A DNA stretch of 64,000 bases from Candidatus Poribacteria bacterium (GTDB taxonomy: Bacteria; Poribacteria; WGA-4E; WGA-3G). The DNA is taken from NCBI GenBank assembly GCA_965198235.1, contig OZ240248.1, forward strand, positions 2,016,001 to 2,080,000, in the 5' to 3' direction. Position numbers and translations under genes: made by a program. Numbering within the stretch: position 1 is the stretch's first letter; each line of letters starts with the position of its first letter. The notes beneath the pieces are model-generated. The model did not search any database. It was given only the letters and a program-made list of their open reading frames with translations, and was not told the origin of the DNA. This document shows, in pieces, positions 1-10,550 of this stretch.

Positions 1-2
1 TT

Positions 3-596
3 CAGCAGGATAAATACGGGGCTCGAACCTTTAATCAGCATCTCTACGATTCCTTCGTATTGGATTTGCTTATTAATCCTCGCTTACATAAGCCGCTCGC
101 CGACTGTTTTGGTGGGGAACCGGAAGGCATCCAAACGATGCATTTTTATGAAGGATCGGAGCATTCGCTGCATCAAGACCAGTATTATCTACCGGATTGC
201 ATATCTGCATGGATTGCGATGGTTCGTGTTGATGAAGACAATGGACCATTGATAGTCCAGCCCGGTTCAAATCGAGGTAGGTTGATTACGAAAAGTGATG
301 TGCCTATGACATTGCTCCCCGGAGAGACATACGAGTTGCAACAGCACAACCGCTATTTTCCAGCGGTCAAACAGGTCTTTCGCGAAAATGGGACCGATGC
401 AGTTCAGGTCATGGTGAACGCTGGAGATGTAATTCTATTTGACGGGAAGCTAATCCACGGTGGCGCGCAGATTTTGAAGCCGGGAACACGTAGACACGCG
501 TTGGCGTGCCATTATATCCCTTACGCCTCCGAAAACTGGGAACGCGATTGGCCCAGGTTCTCATTCGATGGCAGTCGGCGGATTCACTATCAATAA
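3..596 (+). CDS. Phytanoyl-CoA dioxygenase (PhyH) family Fe/2OG oxygenase, 5'-truncated by the window edge
   Basis: HQD motif, NGPL..PGS, AGD.ILF...LIHG and R.AL motifs; the frame is open back to position 3. Confidence 0.85.
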   Translation, partial: QQDKYGARTFNQHLYDSFVLDLLINPRLHKPLADCFGGEPEGIQTMHFYEGSEHSLHQDQYYLPDCISAWIAMVRVDEDNGPLIVQPGSNRGRLITKSDVPMTLLPGETYELQQHNRYFPAVKQVFRENGTDAVQVMVNAGDVILFDGKLIHGGAQILKPGTRRHALACHYIPYASENWERDWPRFSFDGSRRIHYQ

Positions 597-784
597 GGCA
601 CGATTGCGTTGGGGAGCACTTCCTTGACTACCAAGGATTTATCTAACTCCAGTTGCCACTTTTTCTGAAGTTATCATGTTTCCTTGACCAATTGGGCATT
701 AATATTGAAAAAAATATAATGATGCATATAATGGCTTTATATGGTTTTTAACTTAAATGACGCTTTTGATTGAGTAACAATATA

Positions 785-1708
785 ACCCAAGTTGCTACCT
801 TTATCCAAAGAGCTGCTTAATACTTGTTGCGATGAGAAACAAAAGGACTTTCAACTCAAAACCCGTAGCGGACACCGCATGAATCGACTTCGGTAGAAGT
901 TGTTCAACGAGACTGTTTGTCACCTCAACTCGCTTACGGGTCGCTTGTTGAAGGTAAACTTCCCACGGTGGATATTGACGTTTTGAGTTCTTCTTACGCA
1001 CGGGTTTCAGGGCAATCCCTGCTTCTTGTAAAGCATCTTCAATACCATAGGCGCAATAGGCTTTATCCGCATACACTGTTGAACCCGGCGGCAGATCGAA
1101 GCGATAAGACCGCAAGCCCCGGACATCGCTGCATCGACCCGGTGTGAAGAAAACTTCAACGATATGCCCTGTTTCTGTGACCATCAGATGGACTTTGATA
1201 CCATAGAAATAGCGATGTTTGCTTGCGATTTTCCCACGCCACGCTTCACCTTGATACAGACGCGAGCGTGAAATCCGGATGTTGTCACAGACCGCCACGG
1301 GAAAGGTATCAATCACATAAATGTTGTTAGGATTTTTCGTTTTCGCACCTGCTGCGAGGCATTCAAAAAGCGTTTGAAAGCGTTCAGGTATCCGATGCAG
1401 CCGCCGATTGAATCGTGAATGTCCCAACATATTTGGGATGTATCCGAGCGTTTTCAAAACGCAGCAGGCGGTTTGCTGATTGCCTCCGAAATATCTCGCA
1501 GCGACGAGTGCTGCGGTCATGACTTCAGCATCCGACATTTTTGCTTGTGGATGGTCTTGATGTCCGATTGAGATTAAAAGGTCGTCACAAATCGTATAAA
1601 GTGCTACAATAGTTAGGTCCATGGGGTACTCCTTTTGTTTTATGGAATAAAAACACTATAAAGGATATCCCATGGATTTACAACTTTTTTATAGGTGGCA
1701 ACTTGGGT
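785..1708 (-). mobile_element. IS982-family insertion sequence, complete
   Basis: 16-bp TIRs ACCCAAGTTGCTACCT (785-800) and AGGTGGCAACTTGGGT (1693-1708) with 1 mismatch; perfect 10-bp flanking duplication TAACAATATA (775-784, 1709-1718). Confidence 0.92.
801..1622 (-). CDS. IS982-family DDE transposase
   Basis: MSDAEV, IDTFPVAVC, YFYGIKVH, ADKAY and RKRVE motifs; lies between the TIRs. Confidence 0.9.
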   Translation of the reverse strand: MDLTIVALYTICDDLLISIGHQDHPQAKMSDAEVMTAALVAARYFGGNQQTACCVLKTLGYIPNMLGHSRFNRRLHRIPERFQTLFECLAAGAKTKNPNNIYVIDTFPVAVCDNIRISRSRLYQGEAWRGKIASKHRYFYGIKVHLMVTETGHIVEVFFTPGRCSDVRGLRSYRFDLPPGSTVYADKAYCAYGIEDALQEAGIALKPVRKKNSKRQYPPWEVYLQQATRKRVEVTNSLVEQLLPKSIHAVSATGFELKVLLFLIATSIKQLFG

Positions 1709-1748
1709 TAACAATATAGATTAAAGTTTAAAATAAGGAGAAAAGATA

Positions 1749-4373
1749 ATGCGATGCCAATTGACTTTTTGGATCTGTGTAATTCTAATAGGTGCTTATT
1801 GCTTTTCGGTATCTGCGCAGGAAGCGGCACAACCCGCGAAACCTGCGACACCAGAAGCCCCCGCAAAGAAGAAAAAAGAGTTTGAAGATTTTTCTAAAGT
1901 TACTGAGGACAGCAAAAGCTATGACGGCTTCTTCAAATTATATGAGAAAAAAGAGAACCTCTATTGCGAAATTCAGCCGTCCCAATTAGACAAACCGTTT
2001 CTCTGCATGATAAGCCTTTCACGTGGTGTGGGGAGAGGATTTCTTGTTTCAGGAATGACAATGGAGGAGTGGTTACTCGTCTGGCGACGCGTTGGCGACA
2101 ATGTCCATCTCATCCGGAAAAATGTGCGTTTCCGTGCGAAAGAAGGAACACCGATTGCAGAAGCAGTTGACTTGGGTCATAACGACTCTGTGCTATTCTC
2201 TCTCAAGATTGAAAGTATCCATCCACAACGGAAGAGCCTCTTAGTAAATATCTCTCCTATTTTCATATCCGACCTACTGCCTTTGGCACGCCGTATTGCT
2301 CCTGATGCACGTTTCGACAAAACACGTAGTACGTGGGGAGCAGTCAAGGCGTTCCCGAAGAATGTCGAGTTAAAAGTTAACGCCGTGTACACATCCACAA
2401 GCTACATAGAAACTGTCCCGGACAGTCGCGGTATCCAGGTGACCTTGCATTATAGCCTTGCTGAACTCCCGTCAAACACCTATCGCCCGCGACTGGCTGA
2501 CGACCGGATGGGACATTTTATGACGGCGGTCAAAGACTATTCATCCAAGACCAGCGATGAACCCTTTGTCCGGTATGTCAACCGCTGGCATTTGGAGAAA
2601 GCGGACAAAGAGGCGAAATTTTCATCACCGAAAGAACCGATTATCTTCTACATCGAGAAAACAGTGCCGCACCGCTTTCGTCCTTACGTCCGACAGGGGA
2701 TTCTGGAATGGAACAAGGCGTTTGAAAAAATAGGCTTTGCCGATGCGATTGAAGCTCGGATTCAGCAAGACCATGAGGACTGGGACCCCGAAGATGCCCG
2801 GTATAACACGATCCGCTGGATTGTTGGTGCAGGGTTCGCGATTGGTCCTTCTCGCGTGAACCCGCTGACAGGACAGATCTTGGACGCTGATATCCTTATC
2901 GGTGAAAGTTGGATCAGAAGTTGGCAGCGAGACTATACAACGTACTTTGATGAGTTAGAGCATGAGCGCGATCATCCGATGAGTCACACTTCGCGATTCC
3001 AATGTCAGGTGGCATCTGGACTTGCGCGGCAGATGGGATTCATGGCGAGCGTCCTGCAGGCACGGGGTCTGGTTGACGAAGACGGTGAACTACCTGAAGA
3101 GTATATCGCGGAAGCCCTCAAAACACTGACGATGCATGAGGTCGGCCACACATTGGGAATACGCCACAATTTTAAATCGAGTGCGATATATTCTCTTGAC
3201 GATCTGAACAACAAAAAGGGCGAAGCAACCATCGGTTCGGTCATGGATTACTGGGGAGTGAATATTGCACCTGAAGCTCAAGAACAGGGACACTACTATA
3301 CACCGACAATTGGACCTTGGGACTACTGGGTGATTGAATACGCCTATAAACCCATTGATGCTAGCAAACCCGAAGGTGAATTGAAGGGATTAGGCGAAAT
3401 CGCGTCCCGTGTTGCAGTGCCAGAACTAACGTATGGCACAGATGAGGATGTCTACGGGTATCGCTATCGTGACCTGGACCCGCTGGTAAATCTTTGGGAT
3501 CTGGGTGCTGACCCGCTTGCGTTTGCCAAGCAACGGCGTGAAGTCGTCGTAGGACTCTGGGACAAAATTGCAGATAAAGTTACAAAAGAGGGGATGGGCT
3601 ATCAACGCGTCAGACGGGCATTCGGAAGATTGCTTTATGAACATGCCAATACAATGTACTTGGCGTGCAGATATATCGGAGGACAGTCCCATCATCGAGA
3701 CCACCGAGGTGATGAAAACGGTCGTTTACCGTTCGCGCCGGTTCCAGCGGCGAAACAACGCGAGGCACTTCAATTCCTCAAGGAACACGCGCTTTCGGAC
3801 AAAGCCTTCGATTTTCCTGCTGATCTACTCAATAGTCTGGCAGTTACGCGTTGGAGTGATTGGGGGTCAGACAGCTGGAACGCTATTCGTTTCGATTATC
3901 CGGTGCATGATGTTATTCTACGCAATCAAACCTTTATCCTTGAACGATTGCTTTATCCAACGGTGCTGTCGCGCGTTCAGGACACAGAACTCAAGTTTGC
4001 TAAGGGTGAGGATGCGTTCACACTGCCGGAACTCTTTTCAGGCATTACGGATGCGGTCTGGATGGAACTCGGAAGGGATGCGGGTGCGAAGCAGTGGTCG
4101 AATTCGGATGCCTTCATCTCCAGTTTCCGCCGCGGTTTGCAACGTGCACACCTGAAGCACCTCATCAAACTGGTCCTGGAAGCCGACAGTGGTACCCCTG
4201 AGGATGCGAGATCGCTCGCCCGCCTCCACCTCGGACAAATCAACAGTAAGATACAGCGTGTGCTTCAAAATGCCAGAGGAAATCTTGACGATTACAGTTT
4301 TGCGCACCTTGAAGAATCGCAAGTTCGGGTTGAGAAAGCATTGGATGCCAATTTCCGGGTCGAGAAACGTTGA
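1749..4373 (+). CDS. Secreted zinc-dependent metalloprotease (DUF5117/DUF4953, EcxA-like)
   Basis: Signal peptide; HEVGHTLGIRHN zinc motif; SVMDY Met-turn; AGGAG RBS. Confidence 0.88.
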   Translation: MRCQLTFWICVILIGAYCFSVSAQEAAQPAKPATPEAPAKKKKEFEDFSKVTEDSKSYDGFFKLYEKKENLYCEIQPSQLDKPFLCMISLSRGVGRGFLVSGMTMEEWLLVWRRVGDNVHLIRKNVRFRAKEGTPIAEAVDLGHNDSVLFSLKIESIHPQRKSLLVNISPIFISDLLPLARRIAPDARFDKTRSTWGAVKAFPKNVELKVNAVYTSTSYIETVPDSRGIQVTLHYSLAELPSNTYRPRLADDRMGHFMTAVKDYSSKTSDEPFVRYVNRWHLEKADKEAKFSSPKEPIIFYIEKTVPHRFRPYVRQGILEWNKAFEKIGFADAIEARIQQDHEDWDPEDARYNTIRWIVGAGFAIGPSRVNPLTGQILDADILIGESWIRSWQRDYTTYFDELEHERDHPMSHTSRFQCQVASGLARQMGFMASVLQARGLVDEDGELPEEYIAEALKTLTMHEVGHTLGIRHNFKSSAIYSLDDLNNKKGEATIGSVMDYWGVNIAPEAQEQGHYYTPTIGPWDYWVIEYAYKPIDASKPEGELKGLGEIASRVAVPELTYGTDEDVYGYRYRDLDPLVNLWDLGADPLAFAKQRREVVVGLWDKIADKVTKEGMGYQRVRRAFGRLLYEHANTMYLACRYIGGQSHHRDHRGDENGRLPFAPVPAAKQREALQFLKEHALSDKAFDFPADLLNSLAVTRWSDWGSDSWNAIRFDYPVHDVILRNQTFILERLLYPTVLSRVQDTELKFAKGEDAFTLPELFSGITDAVWMELGRDAGAKQWSNSDAFISSFRRGLQRAHLKHLIKLVLEADSGTPEDARSLARLHLGQINSKIQRVLQNARGNLDDYSFAHLEESQVRVEKALDANFRVEKR

Positions 4374-4419
4374 AGGATCCTATATTTTTGGTTTGGGCTT
4401 CCATAAAACCCACATATCT

Positions 4420-4478
4420 GCTGGCGGGGTTTGTAACCCCGCCAATCTTCTGTTTGTAGGAGGGGTTTGTAACCCCGA
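4420..4478. repeat. REP-like palindromes (GTAGGAGGGGTTTGTAACCCCGA family)
   Basis: Two hairpins; same family at 21806-21829, 32312-32335 and 51000-51022. Confidence 0.75.
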
Positions 4479-4565
4479 ATTATTGAGAGTGGCTCATAAA
4501 TTGTTGCAATTGTGAGCGCAGCAGTCAATGTTTCGGTTCGTAATAATCGCACGATTGGATTCTCT

Positions 4566-4656
4566 TTGTACCACGATCTGTTAGATTGTGATTTTGCGTG
4601 ACATGCTCTTCTATATTGAGGCTAACAGTCTGCAAACTAACAGTTTGCGGTACAAG
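4566..4656. repeat. REP/MITE-like element with imperfect terminal inverted repeats
   Basis: TTGTACCACGATCTGTTAG ... CTAACAGTTTGCGGTACAA; related sequence at 53863-53888. Confidence 0.55.
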
Positions 4657-4744
4657 AACACCACGAATAATCAACTCCTTTGACTTAATTGAGAACGACT
4701 CATAAATAGAATGAATTCAAGGCATCGAAGATGAGCCTTTAAGT

Positions 4745-4812
4745 TTGTAGTAGGGAAACCCTTCATCGCCCGTCGTAAAGCAAAACGCGTCATGAATTAC
4801 ACTACGACAAAC
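4745..4812. repeat. BIME-like REP doublet (GTAGTAGGG...GCCCG / ...CACTACGA)
   Basis: Same family at 20172-20238, 32385-32461, 42601-42672 and 51721-51749. Confidence 0.65.
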
Positions 4813-4831
4813 AAAAAATTAGGAGGAACAG

Positions 4832-5755
4832 ATGGAAATTCTCCAATATACACCCGATATGCAAGCACCTTTAACCCAATTTTACAACTGTCTGACCGCC
4901 AACGTGCCGCATTGCTACCCAGTAAATGAAGAAGAATTTTCTGTTGCAATACGCGGGGTTACCACCGGTAAAGCAGATAAAAAAGAGGGTGGGCTCGACT
5001 CCGAAACAGCCTTCGTAGCAATAGTGAATGGTACTGTCCAAGCATTTATTCACGTCGGTATCGGTCAGATCGGAGATAATAGGGAAGAAGACATAGGCGT
5101 TATTCGGTTTTTGGGTTACGAACGCGGTACGCGGCGCGTTGGACAAGCCGTGCTTGAGAAGGCGGAAGACTATCTAAAAACGCATAATGTTTCCCGAATC
5201 TTCGCTTTTTCACAAGACTGCCGATACCGTTTCTATCATTTTGAACACGCCTATCTATCGGATGCGCTCGATCAAGTTCAAGGGCTCCTCGGATTTAACG
5301 GATACCACCGTTCTGATGGCGAGGTCTTTTTGGATTGGGAAGACTATTCCCTTACACCAGTCCCTTCACGTCTACCGGTGACGCTTTCTATTGACTGGAA
5401 GGACGGACGGGGACAACTCCCGAATTGCACTGTGCTCGCTCACCAAAACGGTGAACAGGTTGGCATCTGTGAATCCCGCTGTGGTGGTGAGTTCTCGAGC
5501 CACACCGATGCGCAAGACTGGCTTCATACGACTTGGCTCGGCATTGAAGACGATTTTCAGGGACAAGGTTTGGGACGCTACCTGCTCCAATACGCACTTC
5601 AAGAGATGAAGAAAATCGGATACCGGCATGCGGCGATTAGTACTGCCTGGGATAACCACAGAGCGTTCCTTTTTTACAGCAACTGCGGTTATCGGACCGT
5701 GGATTGGACATACGGATATGAAAAAGTCCTATCTGAACCACCAACGCACAATTAG
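4832..5755 (+). CDS. GNAT-family N-acetyltransferase
   Basis: FQGQGLGRYLL acetyl-CoA motif; NHRAFLFYSNCGY. Confidence 0.85.
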   Translation: MEILQYTPDMQAPLTQFYNCLTANVPHCYPVNEEEFSVAIRGVTTGKADKKEGGLDSETAFVAIVNGTVQAFIHVGIGQIGDNREEDIGVIRFLGYERGTRRVGQAVLEKAEDYLKTHNVSRIFAFSQDCRYRFYHFEHAYLSDALDQVQGLLGFNGYHRSDGEVFLDWEDYSLTPVPSRLPVTLSIDWKDGRGQLPNCTVLAHQNGEQVGICESRCGGEFSSHTDAQDWLHTTWLGIEDDFQGQGLGRYLLQYALQEMKKIGYRHAAISTAWDNHRAFLFYSNCGYRTVDWTYGYEKVLSEPPTHN

Positions 5756-6435
5756 CACGTCCTTAACCGCAACATCTGATTTCCTGTTTTCTGGAAGTGA
5801 TACGGAACGCATTCAACCGAGCAAGCAACTTCGTTTTTTTCAAGTTCGTCGATAACGGGTGATAAGAAAGGGGAAGGGTTGCTGTTGACATCAACGATGG
5901 GGAAAATTCTCACTTCACTCCCTATACGCAGCAGTTCACGGACGGCATCGAGATGGAACGCCAAATCTTTGTTCGCAGAGTAGAAGAAAAGCAGATGTGC
6001 AGAGAGCACGAGGTCGAAGTGACCGTCAGGGAAGGGCAAATTGGGGAGTGATGCGTCTATGTATCGTCCTTGTTGTTTGCCTGTCTCGAAATCTCCGCAG
6101 AACGCCTCCATTGCCTGCATCCTGATTTCAGCCAATTCATCAACAGACGAGATGTGTGTCCAGACGAATTTATCCCGGTTTTGATGGGCTTGTGCGATGA
6201 CATCGTCGTAGGTTTCCTGAATTCGCTGGTGCAATTCCACTTCTGCATACCGGTAAATCGGATCGACCGAGACTATTGGTGTCCCACGCTGGTGCATCCA
6301 GAAATTGAACGACGCGGGACCGTCGCCTACACCGACAATATCCCGCGCCAAGTTGTCCTCAGAGAGGTTAAACATATCAAGATATTCGTCAAACGACCTA
6401 CCCCACGGCACGATGTCTTGGTAACGGAACTCCAT
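5752..6435 (-). CDS. SAM-dependent methyltransferase
   Basis: VGDGPASF, LPFPDGHFDLVLSAHLLF and ELLRI..EVRIFP motifs. Confidence 0.8.
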   Translation of the reverse strand: MEFRYQDIVPWGRSFDEYLDMFNLSEDNLARDIVGVGDGPASFNFWMHQRGTPIVSVDPIYRYAEVELHQRIQETYDDVIAQAHQNRDKFVWTHISSVDELAEIRMQAMEAFCGDFETGKQQGRYIDASLPNLPFPDGHFDLVLSAHLLFFYSANKDLAFHLDAVRELLRIGSEVRIFPIVDVNSNPSPFLSPVIDELEKNEVACSVECVPYHFQKTGNQMLRLRTC

Positions 6436-6459
6436 GTTAATTATACCTGCCGGAATCCC

Positions 6460-7065
6460 TTATGCCTTTTGGTTAACCATGCTGGAGAGGATACCGAGGA
6501 TTTTGTCGCACCGTTCAATCGCGTACAGTGACATGTCAATGTAAAGCTTCTGTCCTTCCAATTTGAGGAAGAGCCACTCCGTGCCAGTGGTAGTCGCTCC
6601 ATAAATACAAGGGATATTATTGTCTTTCTGCTGATTAAAGTATTGCGCTCCGAGCATCTCAGCGACGCATTGCCCGATGCCAAGCGTTGGGTCAGCGTTC
6701 TTTGCTTCAACAAGAACAATGACTGGTGCCTCTAAATAAAATTGTTCTTGCGACAAGCTTATCAAAAAATCGCAAGTTCCTGTTAATCCCTTTTCTGCAT
6801 CAACACTGAAGTCGATCCCCGAAAAAAGACTAATGCGCCGACTGAATTGCTCACGGAGTTCAACGAGAACGTTGGTCACAATAAGTTCCGAGCGCGCCTT
6901 CTCCGTCCTGATAGCGACTGCCAACTGCACTTTTTTCGCCAATTCTGCAATAAGTGCCTTGCTCGGTGGCACCGGTTCTATGTCGAAAAAGATGTTTGCG
7001 GATTCGATTGTCTCTAACTGAAATTTTTCCTGCACCGTTTCTAAGGTGAAATTGCTATAAGCCAT
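6460..7065 (-). CDS. PD-(D/E)xK restriction-endonuclease-like protein (MAYSNFTL family)
   Basis: G.CDF...VEAK...GQC.AEM and YG.TTTG..W.F; close paralog at 60263-60868. Confidence 0.7.
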   Translation of the reverse strand: MAYSNFTLETVQEKFQLETIESANIFFDIEPVPPSKALIAELAKKVQLAVAIRTEKARSELIVTNVLVELREQFSRRISLFSGIDFSVDAEKGLTGTCDFLISLSQEQFYLEAPVIVLVEAKNADPTLGIGQCVAEMLGAQYFNQQKDNNIPCIYGATTTGTEWLFLKLEGQKLYIDMSLYAIERCDKILGILSSMVNQKA

Positions 7066-7132
7066 TATGATAGAATCCCGCTTTGTGGTATTCCATAGAC
7101 ACGAGAGCTCTCATTCTGCCAGTCAAATACGG

Positions 7133-8179
7133 CTAATCCGCGGCATCCGCACCAACTTCCTGTAGAATTGCCGCTGCCCGTTGTGCTAATTCGGTTGTGG
7201 CATCACGCTTGAGTGCTCGGTTCAAGTGCAAGATGGCGCGTTCATCTCCGTCTCTTGCCAACTCCAACGCTTCCTCAAACCCTTTGTTCCCGTAACTGAA
7301 ATCCTTTGATAGGACAGTCAAGTCACGGTCCTTCCAATAATACTTCAACGCATCAGACTCCCAATTGCGGTAGACGTGTTCCCACTGAAGGGAGTTGAAG
7401 ACGTTCAGGTGAGGTTCAAGCATGTGCTCAGCAATCGGGTCATCGGCAGCTTGATAGCGGTTGTCAAGCGACACACGCAGCCGATCCTCGGTCAAATTCG
7501 GTAGTGCCTTATGAATGGTCAAAGCAGGAAAGATGAGCGTATCGCCAACCTCATAGTTTGTGGAATGCCATTCACCGGACAACTCGTCCTCATTAACGCA
7601 CAGACTTCCTGCACCGAGCGAAAAGTGGTGCTCCATGACCTTATTGACTTTATGCGAACCGGGTAGAACTGCCAAACCACCCAACTCAATCGGGCAATCC
7701 CCGACAGGTGCCCAACAGGTATAGGTCTGGAAATTCCCTTGGAAGTGAACGAAGTCTTGGTGTATCGGTGTGGTGTGCGCTGTGTACTTAGGGAACCAGA
7801 GACGCGCAATCTTCTGTGGATGCGGTAGTACCTCTCTACCGACGATCTTCTCCACCATATCGACGACTTCGTGCCAATGCCCGGAACGGTGAAACGCTTC
7901 TAACTTATACACTGCATGGTATACGTCCGTGTATTCGGGATCCCCCTCGGTACACTGGGTGGATATATCGGCGATGCCGTCCATCGGGTCGGTCCCCGCG
8001 ACGAGCCAACCGCCTTCCTGCATCGTCGTTAGCATTTCTCGCCGCAACGCCCAGAGTTTGTCGGGATCTTGCAGCCTCTTGAAGAAGACATACCCCTCTT
8101 CCGAGATCCGGTGACGCAATTCTTCCGGATCATTCATCGCATCGTTGGATACGCGAAGTTCTCTTAATAATTCCGCCAT
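7133..8179 (-). CDS. PhyH-family dioxygenase
   Basis: TPIHQD, GGLAVLPGSH, GDTLIF...TIHKA and RVSLD motifs. Confidence 0.88.
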   Translation of the reverse strand: MAELLRELRVSNDAMNDPEELRHRISEEGYVFFKRLQDPDKLWALRREMLTTMQEGGWLVAGTDPMDGIADISTQCTEGDPEYTDVYHAVYKLEAFHRSGHWHEVVDMVEKIVGREVLPHPQKIARLWFPKYTAHTTPIHQDFVHFQGNFQTYTCWAPVGDCPIELGGLAVLPGSHKVNKVMEHHFSLGAGSLCVNEDELSGEWHSTNYEVGDTLIFPALTIHKALPNLTEDRLRVSLDNRYQAADDPIAEHMLEPHLNVFNSLQWEHVYRNWESDALKYYWKDRDLTVLSKDFSYGNKGFEEALELARDGDERAILHLNRALKRDATTELAQRAAAILQEVGADAAD

Positions 8180-8326
8180 CTGACTTTCTCCTTCGGTTTA
8201 CCCATGTCTGAAATCATTTTTTAGATTGTGTCCCTAACAAAGTGCCTCATCAGTATATTTGCCTGTTGCTATAGTATAACACATACGTAACGAAAAATCA
8301 ATTTTCTTAGATTCAGCAAATCGTCC

Positions 8327-9154
8327 CTATAGTCTATTTTGCTCAAGCCAATCGACGGCAAAGTCAACCACGGCAGGTTGTGGCATAAGTTGGCAATTCG
8401 CGATGCCAACCTTACCGTGTCGAACCACTTTTCCCGCATCAGATCGCAAAAAATCTTCACCGATCCGATCAAAATCCGAAGCGTCTACATCGATATCTTC
8501 AAAGGTACTCCATACCCTTGAACCCGCCTGTGAGATCGGAGCACCCTCTCGGACGACGCGTTTGGTTGGAAAGTCTGCTCGGTATTCTGCGAGATGTATG
8601 GACGTATTGTTTGAGTGCCCAACACCCAGGAGCAGGACGGAACCTTGCAAGTCGTAGATTCTGGCAAGCGGTGAGTCTTCGCCAAAGCCAAATGCCAAGG
8701 CGTGGTTATCTGTGATATATGCTGCCTGAGGACCGCTTGCACAAAATGAACGCTGTGGATGCGTGCTGCGGAAAACGCCTTTTTGCTTTCGGAACGTTTC
8801 GACAATTTTACCCATTGAACGGGTAGGGGTCAAATCGGGATCGTAGGCAGGCATCGCCTCCCGTATTGTTTGCCACCACGACTCCGGCACGGGCGGATTC
8901 TCCCACTGACTCGGTTCGCTGAGGTCGGTTGAGTGGGTCGGCATCACAAGCGTTCCCGTTTCACCTAAGACCTCCTGAAGCGCGATAATAACGGCGACAG
9001 CACCGCCGCAGACCCATCCCATCGCGCTCAAGGACGAGTGGACGAGTAAGACCATCTCCTTTTCGATACCGAGTGCCTCAAAATCAGCCTGCAGCGACTC
9101 GACCGTGACAGGTGTTTCCGTTTTGTGAACCACTCCACCTTCAGGCATTATCAA
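8327..9154 (-). CDS. AAC(3)/YokD-family N-acetyltransferase
   Basis: LLVHSSLS, GTLVMPTH, RSTHPQRSF and LLLGVGH..NTSIHLAE motifs. Confidence 0.9.
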   Translation of the reverse strand: MIMPEGGVVHKTETPVTVESLQADFEALGIEKEMVLLVHSSLSAMGWVCGGAVAVIIALQEVLGETGTLVMPTHSTDLSEPSQWENPPVPESWWQTIREAMPAYDPDLTPTRSMGKIVETFRKQKGVFRSTHPQRSFCASGPQAAYITDNHALAFGFGEDSPLARIYDLQGSVLLLGVGHSNNTSIHLAEYRADFPTKRVVREGAPISQAGSRVWSTFEDIDVDASDFDRIGEDFLRSDAGKVVRHGKVGIANCQLMPQPAVVDFAVDWLEQNRL

Positions 9155-9161
9155 TCACCCT

Positions 9162-10025
9162 CTATTTCGTCCCTATCGCAAGGATATGCGCACTCATACC
9201 GAGTATCGAAGGCTCTGCTTCGATCTTGCGAATCAGGTCCAAAACCACAAGACGCAACGCGGGATCTGTCCAATAATTCTCAAAGGATTCAAAAAGCCAT
9301 GCTGGTCCTTCAACAGCAAGCGTTGCTTGATGTTGAAAACCGACTTCGATGACTTCAGAACTGAACACTTCGGGATGGTGAAGATACGCATCCGTAAAGT
9401 ACTTATGGTCTTCGGTCAGGTTGCGATGGTAACCTGTTTCAAGGTCGTTTTGAACGATGTCTCTATGAACAGGATCCCTGAATCGGCCCTCAAAAAAACT
9501 GTCGAGCATAGACGCAAAGCGTGAGATACCGGCGGCAACCATGACTCCACCGTTTCGTAATACACGATATGCCTCACTGAGTGCAAGCAACCGTTCATTC
9601 TTATCAACGAGATGATAAAGCGGTCCCAATAACAGAACAACATCCGCGGACATTGACGAAAAACGGAGTGCCCGTGCATCGCCAAGTAATATGCTGGCAA
9701 TCGGGTGTTCCGGCTGTTGATTTGCGGCTTCTTTCGCCTGTTCAATATGTAAATCCACAGGATCCACGAGGTGGACCTCATAACCTGCTTTTGCTAACCA
9801 ACAGGCATAGGGACCCGAACCACCACCGATGTCCAAAACCACTGCTGGTGGCGCGGGCAAATAGCGCGTGAGAATCTCTTGCGTCCGCGCAAATTCTATC
9901 TGTCCTCTGACATCGTTTGTAAGTCTCTTCGACTCTTGCGTCTGCCTGTAGAACGAGAGAATCTTATCTGAAAGTTGATACAATTCCTTATTCCTTAGCG
10001 AAACCGTGTCGCGTTGTGTGTACAT
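9162..10025 (-). CDS. Class I SAM-dependent methyltransferase
   Basis: VLDIGGGSG; DVVLLLGPLYHL. Confidence 0.85.
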   Translation of the reverse strand: MYTQRDTVSLRNKELYQLSDKILSFYRQTQESKRLTNDVRGQIEFARTQEILTRYLPAPPAVVLDIGGGSGPYACWLAKAGYEVHLVDPVDLHIEQAKEAANQQPEHPIASILLGDARALRFSSMSADVVLLLGPLYHLVDKNERLLALSEAYRVLRNGGVMVAAGISRFASMLDSFFEGRFRDPVHRDIVQNDLETGYHRNLTEDHKYFTDAYLHHPEVFSSEVIEVGFQHQATLAVEGPAWLFESFENYWTDPALRLVVLDLIRKIEAEPSILGMSAHILAIGTK

Positions 10026-10051
10026 TTACTAACAAAATCGGCCCGTGTGAT

Positions 10052-10255
10052 TCAATCAGATTTCGATTTTCTCAGTTCCATTGCTGCATCGCTGATATCC
10101 TCCACGCTTTTTTTAGCCCATAATTTTTTCTGCTACTTGGTGTAATCAAACGGAAAACGCAGAATCAATGCGATGAACTTTTCAGTTTGGACATCGCCTA
10201 AAGCTTCCGTAAGAGCCTTTAAGCCTTCTATCTTGAGTTGTTCATCTGCTATCAT
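10052..10255 (-). pseudogene. Small antitoxin-like hypothetical gene interrupted by an in-frame TAG
   Basis: AGGAG RBS, then MIADEQLKIEGLKALTEALGDVQTEKFIALILRFPFDYTK*QKKLW...; TAG at 10135-10133 is one base from TGG. Confidence 0.6.
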
Positions 10256-10550
10256 GGAATATACTCCTAATAAAATCGAGAGGATTTATAACCTTAACCT
10301 CTTTAAAACTAACTGTCTTCCTGAGAATTGTATCATCTGTAGTGACAAAGTAATCACATTTTGCAGCAACAGAGCAAGCCAAATGGAGAGCATCTTTATT
10401 TCGCAAACCGATTTCTCTCAAAATGTTTGCTTTTGTAAGAATTTCAAGGTTGGCATCTACATCAATGGAAGCGCGTGCTTTCCAAAGATGGCATGACCAG
10501 CCTTCATCCAGAATACATCAATATCAATAAATCCCGTTTCATCAGGCTCT

